Part shown: positions 28,000 to 39,404 of the stretch, in pieces
How the letters are laid out: each line of letters starts with the position of its first letter
Position numbering within the stretch: position 1 is the stretch's first letter
Assembly: GCA_965199955.1 (NCBI GenBank)
Contig: CBDATQ010000001.1
Location: 1,728,001-1,792,000 of the forward strand
DNA: 64,000 bases
Direction: 5' to 3'
Source of the DNA: Spirochaetia bacterium
GTDB taxonomy: Bacteria; Spirochaetota; Spirochaetia; SZUA-6; Bin103
Translations under genes and position numbers: made by a program
The notes under the pieces: generated by a model
The model's database searches: none
What the model was told of the DNA's origin: nothing
What the model saw: only the letters and a program-made list of their open reading frames with translations

Positions 28000-29081
28000 C
28001 GCGTTCCTCCTGTCGCATAGAGCCACGGCACGTCGACGCTGGTCACCTGCAGCGTGGCCAGCCCGTTGCGGCGGGAGTCGCCGGCGCAGTAGGCCAGCAG
28101 GACCCGTTCCGGATCGCCTGCCACGAAGTGCATGGCCGTGTAGCAGTAGTGCCCGTTCGGATCGTCCTCCAGCACCTGCCGGCGCCGCCAGGTACGGCCG
28201 TCGTCCGCGGAGATCGCCGCGGTCAGCGGCGTGCGGGCTCCATGGCGGCTGTGACCGGGATCGTAGCTGTCGTTCCACACCAATAGCAGGTCGCCTGTCG
28301 ACGGAATGCGCTTGATGGACGCAGGCGAGCGGGGCGAGCGGATGTCGCTCGGCACCGGCTGCGTCCAGGTCTCGCCATCGTCGTCGGAGTGGCACAGGTA
28401 CTGGCTGCCCAGCACGGTACGGCTGAACATGAGCAGCCGTCGGTCGCGGAGCTGGACGATGCCCGGCTCCTGCAGCCCGGTGCCGGTGGGGTCGTCGGCC
28501 ACCGCCGCTATGCCGCGTCCACGGCGCCAACTCCGGCCCTGGTCGTCGGACAGGTAGCAGACCGCCTCGCCGGTGGCCACGGGATCGTTCGTCCACGCGG
28601 GCCCGTGGTCGGCGATCGGGGCGATCAGGCGCCCGCTCGCGGAGACCACGACGCGGTCGGCGATGAGGATCAGGTAGCCGTCGTTGTCGGTGATCATGTC
28701 GACCGGGTCGCCCCAGGTCGTCCCGTCGTCGCTCGACCGCCGCACCACCGGCTTGCAGTCGGAGAGGGCATTCTTAAGCAGGTAGAACAGCAGCAGATCT
28801 CCGTCGTCCAACCGCAGCAGGCTCACCGACATCACATTCAGGCCCGCCTCGTTGCCGAGGACGATGTCGTCGCGCTTGGACCACGTGAGCCCGCCGTCGG
28901 CCGAGAAGCGCGCGGCCAGCTCCGCCGGGTCGTGGTCGCCGCCGCGTCCGGACAAGAACCGCGAGTAGATCAGCATGATCCGGCCGTCGCGGAGCTCGAC
29001 GAAGGCTCCTTCGCTGTTGCGCGTGTTGCCCGGCCCCGGCTCCAGCCGGAGCGCCCCTCGCACGCCGGTCCGATCACTCAT
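27996..29081 (-). CDS. BNR/Asp-box (sialidase-fold) protein
   Basis: Five SxDxGxTW-type boxes, RNSEG and LQEPG. Confidence 0.85.
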   Translation of the reverse strand: MSDRTGVRGALRLEPGPGNTRNSEGAFVELRDGRIMLIYSRFLSGRGGDHDPAELAARFSADGGLTWSKRDDIVLGNEAGLNVMSVSLLRLDDGDLLLFYLLKNALSDCKPVVRRSSDDGTTWGDPVDMITDNDGYLILIADRVVVSASGRLIAPIADHGPAWTNDPVATGEAVCYLSDDQGRSWRRGRGIAAVADDPTGTGLQEPGIVQLRDRRLLMFSRTVLGSQYLCHSDDDGETWTQPVPSDIRSPRSPASIKRIPSTGDLLLVWNDSYDPGHSRHGARTPLTAAISADDGRTWRRRQVLEDDPNGHYCYTAMHFVAGDPERVLLAYCAGDSRRNGLATLQVTSVDVPWLYATGGTR

Positions 29082-29278
29082 GGTCCACCATCATCCCTGA
29101 TGGCCCGGGCAACCTCAAGCGATGCCGTCCGCTGGTCGCACAGGGCCAGCGAATGGCATGTGACAAGGTTGGGAAAAGCATGCACCATGACGCCGGGCTG
29201 AACGTATGTCCAAGAGCTCCTCGGAATCCCTGTGGGTCTTGTCTGGGCAAGCTGCGCGCCAATCGGTAACGCCGTCTC

Positions 29279-30797
29279 ATGTTGACTCGACTTAGAGTCT
29301 CCGGCTTCAAGAATCTGGTCGACGTGGACTTGCGGCTTGGTCCGTTTACGTGTGTCGTTGGGCCGAACGGAGTGGGCAAGTCGAACCTGTTTGATGCGAT
29401 CCGATTCTTGAGTGCGTTGGCAAATCACACCCTCATGGAGGCCGCGACCTCCGTACGCGACCAACACAGCGGCAACGCACATGTGAGGGATCTGTTCCAT
29501 CACGTAGGTGACCGTTATGCCGATCGCATGTCGTTTGTAGCGGAGATGATCGTGCCGCGGCGCGCCATCGACGACCTGGGCCAAGAAGCAGAGGCGAGCA
29601 CTACATTCTTGCGCTACTCGCTCGATCTCGCCTACCGAGAGCCGGATGACCGCTTGGCGCGCGGTGACCTTGCTATCGTCAAGGAAGAGTTGGTTCACAT
29701 CACCAAGCGGGACGCACCCAACCAGCTTCCGTTTCCCCACAGCGCGGGGAAGTGGCGGGACTCCGTTGTAACGGGAAGGCGATCTGTTCCCTATTTCATT
29801 TCGACAGATGGCGATGGCGAGAACAGGATCATCAAGCTCCATCAGGATGGTGGCAGCAGGGGGCGTCCGCTACCGAGGCCAGCCGCCAACCTGCCTCGCA
29901 CGGTCCTGTCAGTCGCCAACGCTGCGGAGAGCCCTACCGTGCTGATGGCACGCCGGGAGATGGAATCGTGGCAACTGGTGCAGCTCGAACCGTCGGCACT
30001 GAGGCAACCGGACGAGTTTGTTTCACCCACCCGGTTGGGAACTGATGGACGCCATCTGGCGGCAACCCTGTATCGCTTGGCACGCAACGCCGGACGTCAG
30101 GCGAGCACCGACGGCAGCAAGGTGGCTGATGAAGCGGCGCCATACTTGGCGGCAAACGGTGGAAACGAGAGTATACAGCGAGATTGCCAGCCGTTTGGCG
30201 GAGCTCATCGACGATGTGCGGCAGATCCACGTAGACCTGGACGAAAAGCGGGAGATCCTGACGCTGTATGTACGCGACAAGGAGGGCACTCCGCACCCCG
30301 CACGTGCACTCTCGGACGGCACATTGCGGTTTCTTGCGCTTTCCGTTCTGGAGAACGACCCCACGATGCAGGGCGTTATCTGTTTGGAAGAGCCGGAAAA
30401 CGGGGTTCACCCCGCACGTATTCCGGCCATATTGAAGTTACTACAAGACATTGCGGTGGACCTGCAGCAGCCTGTCGGGGAGGACAACCCCCTGCGTCAA
30501 GTAATCGTCAACACTCATTCCCCGGTAGTGTTCAAACAAGTGCCGGATGAAAGCGTCGTGTTCGTCAAGACGAGAGAGGCTATGGATGAGGAGGGGCTTC
30601 GCTTCAAGAAAGCGGATTTCCTGTGTTTGTCCGACACTTGGCGCGCCAAGGTGAGTGAATACGCGCCCCGCGGCGACCTGCTTGCATATCTGAATCCCGT
30701 GCTGCCAAGGGAGCGTGGGGAGCCGATACGGAAAAAGCGCGTGATCGATCGGAAGGACGTCAAGCAGTACTCGTGGCACTTTGGTGTCGACTCTTGA
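29279..30797 (+). pseudogene. AAA_21/AbiEii-type ABC ATPase, frameshifted near 30100-30170
   Basis: Walker A GPNGVGKS in one frame; LSDGTLR, LEEPENGVHP and NTHSP in a second frame; lower GC than flanks. Confidence 0.85.
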
Positions 30798-30830
30798 TGA
30801 GCTTGCTGCGTTATACGCTCATAGCGGATG
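30797..30830 (+). pseudogene. Probable N-terminal stub of the ATPase partner gene
   Basis: TGATG coupling to the ATPase stop; MSLLRYTLIAD followed by unrelated sequence. Confidence 0.4.
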
Positions 30831-30968
30831 TCGCAAGGGCGGCAGAGGAGCAGAGATGGAGTTCAGAGTAGATGCCAAGCTACTGCAGGCCGCTTGCGAC
30901 GTAGCTCAGGCAATGAAGCAGGCAGACCGCATCGATGTCGAGCGGCTGGCGCCAGCGGAAGTCGAGTG

Positions 30969-31706
30969 ATGGGCGACATCCTGGATTACGGGCTCTCCTT
31001 CATCTCCGGCAGGGCGGCGGAGAATCGGGTGCGGTTCTGGATCGAGTCGCGGACCCGCATCTTCGACAGCTTGACTGGCAGGAGCGACCACTTCTACCAG
31101 TGCGCCTCCTGCAAGAGCGAACACACCTTCGCGAAACGCGGCCTGTTCGTGGAGGACAACTACGACTTCCTGCCGATCTTCGGTCAGGACCACGGCATCG
31201 TCTTCCGGCGCAAGTCCGCCCGGCACGGCGGGTACCGCGAGACGCGTCCGGCGCACGAGTGGTGGGGCGGTCAGGTGTACCGCCTGGTCCCCGCGGCCGA
31301 CGTGCAGGAGGTGTCCACCTTCGAGGAGATCGCCGCGGCCACCCACCAGGCCAGGCCGCTGGTGGCGGTGACCGAGATCCGCAACGAGGAGACCGGCCTC
31401 AACGCCGCCATCGAGTATCCGGTGAAAACCATGAACATTCACGAGCCCGACCGGATCTACCAGGTCGATACCGGGCCGGTGGCGTGGCCCGACCTGAGCC
31501 GGAGGCGCGAGCGGCTGGCCGACCTGCTGTCGCTTGCCTTCGTCGCCTTCAACGCCCCGCACTTCGCCGACTTCGTGATCGAGGCGCCGACCACGATCGG
31601 CGAGGGGGAGGCGGCGTCCGAGGTCTTTCACTACTCCAAGCTGGTCTCGCTGCCGGCTGCCAACCGCCTGTTCGCGATCGGTCCTGGGTTCGGGGACACG
31701 CGGTGA
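30969..31706 (+). CDS. Uncharacterised protein (paralog of 2095-2955)
   Basis: VRFWIES, CKSEHT, EYPV and QVDTGPVAWPDL motifs; overlaps the next gene (GTGA). Confidence 0.8.
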   Translation: MGDILDYGLSFISGRAAENRVRFWIESRTRIFDSLTGRSDHFYQCASCKSEHTFAKRGLFVEDNYDFLPIFGQDHGIVFRRKSARHGGYRETRPAHEWWGGQVYRLVPAADVQEVSTFEEIAAATHQARPLVAVTEIRNEETGLNAAIEYPVKTMNIHEPDRIYQVDTGPVAWPDLSRRRERLADLLSLAFVAFNAPHFADFVIEAPTTIGEGEAASEVFHYSKLVSLPAANRLFAIGPGFGDTR

Positions 31707-32872
31707 AGATCACGGCCGTGACGCCTCACATCATGTGGGGCGGCGATGCGGGCGGGTTCCAGTTCTCCTCCACCCTGTGGGGCCGCGGGGCGGGGCGCAA
31801 CTGGCTGTTCGTCAAGGTGGAGACCGACGCCGGCGTGCACGGCTGGGGCGAGGCGTCCCTGGTCAACCAGACGCCGGCGATCGCTGCGTCGGTCGAGCTG
31901 CTCGGCCGGCAGATCATGCGGCAGGATCCCGCCGCGATCGAGCGGCTCTGGCAGATCATGTACCTGCACAACCGCTACCGAGGCGGCGTGGTGATCAGTT
32001 CCGCGCTGAGCGCCATCGACCAGGCGCTGTGGGACATCAAGGGCAAGGTGCTCGACGCACCGGTGTACCAGCTCCTCGGCGGGGCGGTGCGCGAGTCGAT
32101 CCGCGTCTACGCCGGCGCGGGCGACCCGGAGCAGGCGCGGGAACGGATCGCCGAGGGCTTCGCCGGCGTCAAGGCCGGCGGCGGCTGGCACGGCCCGGAT
32201 CACGCCGTGGACGACCGGCGGGCGCCGGAGGTGCTGCGCCGGGAGCTGCTCGCGATCCGCGACGCGTTGCCGCCACACGCCGAGTTGATGGTCGACAACC
32301 ACGGCCACTCGCGACCGCCGGATGCGATCCGGCAGATCCGGGCCGTCGACGACCTGGGGCTGCTGTTCTTCGAGGAGCCGGTGCCGCCGGACAATCCGGA
32401 CGAGCTGGCGCTCCTGCGCGCCGCCGGCCTGTCCACGCCGCTGGCCGCTGGCGAGCGCCTGCACAGCCGCTGGGCGTTTCGCGACCTGGTGATCCGCCAG
32501 CTCGTGGACGTGATCCAGCCCGACATCTGCCACTGCGGCGGCATCTCGGAGCTGTGCCGCATCGCCGCGCTGGCAGAGATCTACGGGATCACCGTGGCGC
32601 CGCACAATCCCAAGGGGCCGGTGTCCACGGCCGCCAGCCTGCACGTGTGCGCGACCATCCCCAATTTCCTGATCCTCGAGCACGCGCACGCCAACCCGCT
32701 GTACGACGCCGTGCAGACGGAGCCGATGCGGATCGGCGAATCGGGCTACGCGCTGCCGGCAGGCCCGGGGCTTGGGGTCGACCTTGACGAGGAGGTAATC
32801 GCCGCCCACCCGTACCGCCACCGGCCGGTCCTGCAGGCATACGAGGCGGACGGCACTCCCTCGCACCCATAG
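31703..32872 (+). CDS. Galactonate dehydratase-like enolase superfamily enzyme
   Basis: RNWLFVKVETD, DQALWDIKGK, VDNHG, EEP, GER, QPD and APHNP motifs. Confidence 0.9.
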   Translation: MKITAVTPHIMWGGDAGGFQFSSTLWGRGAGRNWLFVKVETDAGVHGWGEASLVNQTPAIAASVELLGRQIMRQDPAAIERLWQIMYLHNRYRGGVVISSALSAIDQALWDIKGKVLDAPVYQLLGGAVRESIRVYAGAGDPEQARERIAEGFAGVKAGGGWHGPDHAVDDRRAPEVLRRELLAIRDALPPHAELMVDNHGHSRPPDAIRQIRAVDDLGLLFFEEPVPPDNPDELALLRAAGLSTPLAAGERLHSRWAFRDLVIRQLVDVIQPDICHCGGISELCRIAALAEIYGITVAPHNPKGPVSTAASLHVCATIPNFLILEHAHANPLYDAVQTEPMRIGESGYALPAGPGLGVDLDEEVIAAHPYRHRPVLQAYEADGTPSHP

Positions 32873-32873
32873 C

Positions 32874-32964
32874 GTGCGGCCGGACGAGCGCCGCCACGAG
32901 CTGGACGCCCTGCGCGCCTTCGCCATGCTGCTTGGCGTCGCGCTGCACGCATTGCTGACATTCT
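32874..32964 (+). pseudogene. Acyltransferase-3 (OpgC/MdoC-like) N-terminal fragment
   Basis: RRHELDALRAFAMLLGVALHA and then loss of similarity at the island edge. Confidence 0.65.
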
Positions 32965-32966
32965 CT

Positions 32967-33089
32967 CCCGGAGATGACGCTCTGCAGCGCCAACTTCTTC
33001 GGCACCCGCCACGGATCGACCCGCGCAAAGCGCTGCGTGCTGCGCGAATCGCGCAGCACGAACTCCAACTCCCGGTACGAGTAGCCCAT
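32967..33089 (-). pseudogene. Transposase scrap (ISNCY/IS5-like)
   Basis: GYSYRELEFVLRDSRSTQRFARVDPWRVPKKLALQSVIS resembles transposase N-terminal domains. Confidence 0.55.
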
Positions 33090-33687
33090 CAGACTACACT
33101 GGGCGGCGGCTCATCATGTGATAGTCTCAGGCTGTCGTCGGCAACTTCGCAACCCGCCCAGCCAAATGCGAGTCATGTCATGCTGGTTGAAACAATGGAG
33201 ATGGGTCATTCCGGGATAAGACGATTGTCAGGGAGCGTTTCGCGCGGCTAATGGCCACGTATAATCTGCATCTCGAGTAATGGGTTGACGAGAAACGAAA
33301 GTCGCACGGGAGGATCAGGGCGTTGTCGCATTCCAGCCCCTTGGCCTTATGAATTGTGCTGATGGCCTTTGTGGGAGGCAGTGGGTACGCGTATGATCTC
33401 CTCCTCGTGATCTCCGCCAATCCTTGGTGCGCGTTGGGGTAGTCTCCCAGACGAATGGCATCCCGGAATTCGCGACGAAAATCGACGTTAATTTTCTTGA
33501 AGCCGTCAACGGACTCTCGCCGATATTGATCAATTTGGGCTAGACATCTTGAGACACCAAGGTGGTTCGGCTCGTCAAGGAGCAAGCGGCCAAGCATCTG
33601 GATGCGCGCAGGTTTCCCTCGGGTCGAACTCGTGCAACCCTCTTGCACCTCCTTTTCGAGGCGATCGCCATGGCTTGATTTGCTAAA

Positions 33688-35677
33688 CCGAAGTTCCAGA
33701 GCGTGAATCTCTCGTAACTTCATTGACAGAAATTAGTTGAAAGGTGATCTGCGTGCTGATTGGCGTCGTTTCGTGTCCATGCAGATGGTGGTGAATAGCG
33801 GCGAGATACATGCTATTTGATCTTGACATATCGTGACTTGTGTGTATTCTGTTGCCACAGATCAGTAGTCATGTACATCGAGTCTGTCCCCAACCGCTCC
33901 TCTCCCCCTGCCATCCTGCTCCGCGAGTCCTACCGCGAGCACGGCAAGGTCAAGAAGCGCACGCTCGCGAACCTCTCCAAATGGCCCCCTGATCTGGTCG
34001 ACGGCTTGCGCACCCTGCTCAAGGGCGGCCACGCCTTCGCCTCGGTCTCGGATGCGTTGCTGCTCACGCGCTCGCTGCCCCACGGCCACGTCGCCGCCGT
34101 GCTGGGCATCCTCAAGCAGCTCGGACTCCATACCCTCATCGCCCGCAAGGCCAGCCGCTCGCGCGAGCTGATCATCGCCATGATCACCGCCCGCGTCATC
34201 GACGCGCAGTCCAAACTGGCCACCGCCCGCGCGCTCTCACCGCCCAGCGCCGTGTCCACCCTGGGCGAGTCGCTGCGGTTGGGGGAGGTCGATGAGAACG
34301 AGCTCTACGAGGCGATGGACTGGTTGGTCGGGCGCCAGGCGGCGATCGAGGACCGCCTGGCCGAACAGCACCTCAGCGAGCACACGCTGGTGCTCTACGA
34401 CGTGAGCTCGACCTACTTCGAGGGCAGCCACTGCGAGCTGGCGCAGTTGGGACACAGCCGTGACGGCAAGTCGGGCACGCTGCAGATCGTGTTCGGGCTG
34501 CTGTGCACCCAGGAAGGCTGTCCGGTGGCGGTGGAGGTATTCCCTGGCTCTACCGCCGACCCGAAGACGGTGAGCGCGCAGGTGGACAAGATCCGCACCC
34601 GCTTCGGGCTCACGCGGGTGGTGCTGGTCGGCGACCGCGGGATGCTGAGCGCGGCGAGGATCCGCGAGGACCTGCAAGAGGTGGAGGGGCTGCGCTGGAT
34701 CACCACGCTGCGCGCGCCGACGATCCGCAAGCTGGTGGCCGCCGGCGAGGTGGCGCCGTCGTTGTTCGACGAGCGCGACCTGGCCGAGATCACCAGCGAG
34801 GAGTTTCCGGGCGAGCGGCTGATCGTGTGCCGCAACCCGTTGCTGGCCGACGAACGGGAGCGCAAGCGCCAGGAGCTGCTACAGGCCACCGAGCAGAAGC
34901 TGGCCCCGATCGCTCAGGCCACCCAGCGCGTCCATCAGCCGCTACGGGGCGAGGCCGAGATCGGCATGCGGGTCGGCAAGGTGATCAATCACTACAAGGT
35001 GGGCAAGCACTTCGTGACCGAGATCACCTCCGAGTCGTTCAGCTTTCGGCGCGATGAGGCCAAGATCGACGCCGAGCAGGCGCTGGACGGGCTGTACATC
35101 GTGCGCAGCAACGTGGAGCCGCAGGTGCTCGACGCGGCGCAGACGGTGCGCGCCTACAAGGGGCTGTCGAAGGTGGAGCGGGCGTTTCGGTGCATGAAGT
35201 CCGTGGACCTGAAGGTGCGCCCGATTCACCACCGGCGCGCCGATCGGGTGCGGGCGCACGTGCTGCTGTGCATGCTGGCCTACTACGTGGAGTGGCACAT
35301 GCGGCGCTCGCTGGCGCCGTTGCTGTTCGACGATCACGATCGACAGGGCGCCGAGCGCAAGCGGGTCTCCGAGGTGGCTCCGGCAGCGATCGGCGGCCGC
35401 GGCGGCCAAGGCGTCGAGCAAGCGCACCGAGGACGGGTTGCCGGTGCACAGCTTTCGCACGCTGATCACTGAGCTGGGCACGCTGACGGCGAACACGATG
35501 CAGGTTGCAGAGGGCGGCAGCACGTTCACGCTGCACACGCACCCGACGCCGGTTCAGCAGCGCTGTTTCGAGCTGCTTGGGGTCACGCCCCGCATGTAGC
35601 CATGCACAGGAACCTGCACCATTGAGAAACTACCCTGACCACAAGGACTTCAGGCAATTTCGCTCCTGGAACTTCGG
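33688..35677 (+). mobile_element. IS1634-family insertion sequence
   Basis: 12-bp perfect terminal IRs CCGAAGTTCCAG / CTGGAACTTCGG; 6-bp direct repeat GCTAAA at 33682-33687 and 35678-35683. Confidence 0.92.
33871..35599 (+). pseudogene. IS1634 DDE transposase, frameshifted near 35383
   Basis: LYDVSSTYFEG, VGDRGM and VERAFR motifs; native C-terminus (GLPVHSFRTL...PTPVQQRCFELLG) is in another frame. Confidence 0.88.
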
Positions 35678-36713
35678 GCTAAATCCCGACGCGATGTTCT
35701 CCATGAACTTGACTACAGCTCGCGCGACCCGAACAGCATCGCCCGAGCTCTCATCGATCGCCGTTACGAGCCTGTCGAGTTCCGAGCTCGTATGACCTTC
35801 CCAAACAGAAATGGTGCGATTCCAGAACGCTGCGAGTGCCTTTGTCATATCGTTCTGGGGCGTCAAAATCAATAGCTCGCTGACCGATCGCGTCACCCGG
35901 TCTATGGGGGCTCGTTCGGATGGGCTCAAGCGATATCCGCGACCTTTGGCAACATTGTCCGCGTGTAGTATTCTGATACCGTCGGGAGGCGCGCGAGACA
36001 CGTCGATGGTTCGTCCGTCTTTCAAGGCCTCGCGCGTTGTTAGTATCCACTCGCCCAAGGCCGGTGTTCCGTAACGCCATCTATGGGGTGTGCGCAGTTC
36101 GGCGAAAGCCCCGAGGGCCTTGATCTCCTCCCAGCGAGCGGCCCCTTGGTCTGCTTTGAGTGAGGAGTAGATATCCTGCATCGGGTCACCAAAGATCCGG
36201 AGCTTGGCGCCGGCCTTCCCCAAGGCCATGATGATCGCGTGCTGGTCGTTGCTTGAGTCCTGATGCTCGTCGGCCACGACGAAGGGGTACCTTGACGCTA
36301 GCATCTCGGAAATAAAGGAGTGCAGGTGCATGAGCTTTGCCACGCGCGCCGCAACCTCACCGTATCCGTTCTTATCTCGGCTTGCCTATACAGCCGGATC
36401 GGGAGGCAGGTCGAGGGACTGATGGTAAGCGGCCGCGATCTGCATAATCAGGGAATCGATCGGCCTCGACGACCTGGCAGCGGACGACGAGCTGTTCGCC
36501 GTGTTGATTTGGACTTTGCGCCGCGCGTTGCGCGTTGCCTTTGCGAACGCGGCACAGGCGGCGTGCGTATGCGTGAGAATCAGGATGTAGCCGGTGGTGA
36601 GATTCGACGCCGCTTGTCCCGCATACCGAGCTCCCTGATAGGTCTTTCCGCAGCCCGCAGGGGCCTCGACGACGACAAGAGGCTCCGTCGAGTGAAGTAG
36701 GCTCAGGACTTGA

Positions 36714-38473
36714 TCATCGGTCATCAGCGAGATCTGCACGTGCGCTTTGATTCACACCCGCCCGAATCGCGTTTATGAACGGCATCAGCACGGGCTTCAA
36801 CTGCGGCCATACGTCAAGGGCAAACATCTTCTTCGCAAGTTCGCGTCCGCCGTCTACTGACTTGAACCAGCGTCTCCCATGCCGGCCCCAGACCTTCGCG
36901 GCAACATCATTCGGCGCACCTGCTTTACTACCCGTGGCCGCCGCAATCATCAGAGCACGCAAGTCGCTCGATGCTGCCTTAATGGCTTGGAGGCTGCTGT
37001 CTTTGATCTCCAGTCTCTCGGCCAGCGTCACACGGCGCTCAGCAAGAACACCCGCATCCGAATGCCTCATCATCGCGCATAGCTGTTCTTCCGTTACGAG
37101 GGACAGGAGGTGCGCCTCGGTGCAGCCTTGCGCCCAACGAAAGAGACGGCCGCCCATCTTCGTCTCGAGGGCGGACCAACGGCCAGGCCTACCCTCGTGA
37201 TCGGCGAACCCGCCGAACACCAAACCACTGTCGGCCATGGCCTCCAGAAGGTCGAGGGTGGCGGGATTACCTTGTCCGTCGCAAACGCGAACACCATGAT
37301 CGGTGAAGCTACCGTCAAAGCCAAGTTCCAGAAGGTGCGACACGAACCCCACCTCTGTAGGACCCTCAGCGATGATAGCCAACCTGGACAGAAACGTTTC
37401 GGGCTCGCGGCACTGTTGACTACGGATCTTGTGATGCGGCAGTTCACCAACGTTACCAGTGCCGTCGAGATACCACAGAGTTGCCTCGTAGGCTGAACTG
37501 ATCGCAACGGCGCTATGGGTCGTGGCGAAACTCTGGCTGCTCTGAGCCTGCAACGTTCTAATCAGCTTCCGAAGACGATATGGCTCAAGCCCCCTTTCTA
37601 TTTCATCGATGACAGTAACCCTGGTCTCGGCTTCGGTCGCGGCCGCAATCTGAAGCGCTGCCATACGGCGCGTTCCCGCACCCCAGCTCGACAGTGGAAG
37701 TAGTGTGCCGTGTTGGCGTTCCGCGAACAAGCCGATCAACGCACCGATCGAGAGCCCCTGACTGGTGGTGAGACCCAGATCTAGATTACTGGGCAGGGCC
37801 TCTCTTTTGAGCGCTTGATCAAGCTGTTCGAGTGCTGTCTTGGCTTCTTCCCCAAGTTTGTTGGCGAGATTGATTTCGGCGACATGTTGTCCTATCCTTC
37901 CGCGCAGGCCGGGGTCGCTGAGCAGACGGTCCAAGGCTGACCCGTAAACCAGTCTGAGATCGCGGTCATTGCGGTCGTCGCCACCCAGTCGGACAACGCC
38001 GATTTTCCGGCGGACCGCGACGGAGAGAGGATCCACATCGTCGCTTGGTTGGACGATTTCCCAGTTAATCTCTAACTCCGAAGTTCCACGTACCTGAAGG
38101 CGGTAAACGTATTTGATGTTTGGAGTGCCTCTTCCTCATCATCGGGATTAGTGGGCCTTACGGCGTCGGTCCCGTCCCACTTCCACGGCCAAGCAAACTT
38201 CGGTTGTTGGCTAATCTCGGAGGACGGTGGCAGTGACATGACTGCCTGGATGACGAACTCGTTGTCGACGTGCCGAAGCCAGTAGTCGGCCTCAGAAAGG
38301 ACTACAGCATTGGTAGGACTCAACAGCAGAGCGATGGCTTCGAGAATGGTGGTCTTCCCGACATCGCCGCCGCCGAGAATCACGTTCATGCCGCACGCCG
38401 GGTTCCAGTCGAGCTTCTCGAACGCGCGAAACCGCGTGATCTTGAGTTTGAGGATTGTTGAGCTGTCCGTCAT
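36714..38473 (-). pseudogene. OLD-family ATP-dependent nuclease (GajA-like), frameshifted near 38110-38130
   Basis: Walker A GGGDVGKT, WGAGTRR, Walker B IDEIERGLEP, TTHS, TOPRIM AEGPTE and DHE; overlaps the helicase start. Confidence 0.87.
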
Positions 38474-38709
38474 TCCTTTCCTGTCCGTGTGAGTAGCTGT
38501 CCGCCAGTCGAGCACAGCCGCCGGGTGCCAAGCGGAGACGGCTGGATCGTAACTGAAGTCCGCAGACACCTACCAGTGACATTCCCTTTACCTCGCTGTC
38601 GTAACAGAACCGGAGATGGTACAGGTCCAAGATCGGTAAGCGTCCGCTGAACGCCACCTTACGACGGCTGAAATAGCGGGTGATCGTCCCTGTCAGGAGG
38701 GACGATGAG

Positions 38710-39024
38710 GTGAACGAGAGACACGGGCGCGAGTATTGGAGCCAGCAGGTTGCCGAGTGGCGGAGCAGCGGCCTGTCGAGCAAGGCGTACAGCGAGCGGC
38801 ATGGCCTGCCGTATTCGTCGCTGTGCCGGTGGGCGGGCAAGTCGAGGCAGTCCTCGGGGCCGGAGAGTCAGCGGCTGGTCGAACTGGGGCAGCGCGGCGG
38901 CGGTGCCGAGCCGGGCGCGACGATCGAGCTGGTGGTCGGCCAGCGGTACGTGCTGAAGCTGAGGCGGTCGGTGCGGGCTACCGATCTGCGCGAAGTACTG
39001 GAGGCGCTGGAGGGCGAGCGGTGA
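38710..39024 (+). CDS. tnpA: IS66 accessory protein TnpA
   Basis: WRSSGLSSKAYSERHGL...LCRW helix-turn-helix pattern. Confidence 0.8.
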   Translation: MNERHGREYWSQQVAEWRSSGLSSKAYSERHGLPYSSLCRWAGKSRQSSGPESQRLVELGQRGGGAEPGATIELVVGQRYVLKLRRSVRATDLREVLEALEGER

Positions 39025-39361
39025 TCCGGGTGGAGCTGGGCGCGGCGCGGATCTTCGTACGGCCTGGGGCGACCGATATGCGCACGCAGGTCAACGGGCT
39101 GGTAGTGCTGGTGCAGGAGCAGATGCAGCTCAGTCCGTTCGAGACGGCGCTGTTCGTGTTCTGCAACGCGCGGCGGCGCGTGCTGAAAGCGGTGTACTGG
39201 GATCGGACGGGATTCTGTCTGTGGATGAAGGGGCGATTTCCGTGGCCGCCAACGGCGACCGAGGCGCGCCGAGAGATCGGCATCGAGGAGCTTCGGATGC
39301 TGCTGATCGGATCGATTTCTAGCATACCCACGAGGAGCTCCGGTACCGGGAAATCGCCTGA
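39021..39361 (+). pseudogene. tnpB: IS66 accessory protein TnpB (damaged)
   Basis: ATDMR...GL, LFVFCN and YWDRTGFCLWMK; apparent short deletion before GRF; frameshift and TAG near 39305-39322. Confidence 0.82.
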
Positions 39362-39404
39362 GGTGGGTTGACACTGTCAGCATATTTCGTGCTATGGCAT
39401 CTAC

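Larger units (their letters stand above)
33178..36724 (-). pseudogene. UvrD-like helicase (GajB-like), interrupted by IS1634 and a premature TAG
   Basis: EAPAGCGKT, DEHQD, FGDPMQ, STIHKAKGLE and LYVAISRAK motifs; TAG at 36386-36388; removing the IS and one target copy restores the frame SGFS|KSSHGDR. Confidence 0.88.

Noticed and set aside
35380..35390. Programmed frameshifting in the IS1634 or IS66 transposases
   Set aside because: No convincing slippery run at the IS1634 junction, and the IS66 carries several independent lesions; decay is the simpler explanation
38474..38635. Possible third gene of the Gabija-like island interrupted by IS66
   Set aside because: Joining the IS66 flanks gives open frames but no recognisable protein or start signal
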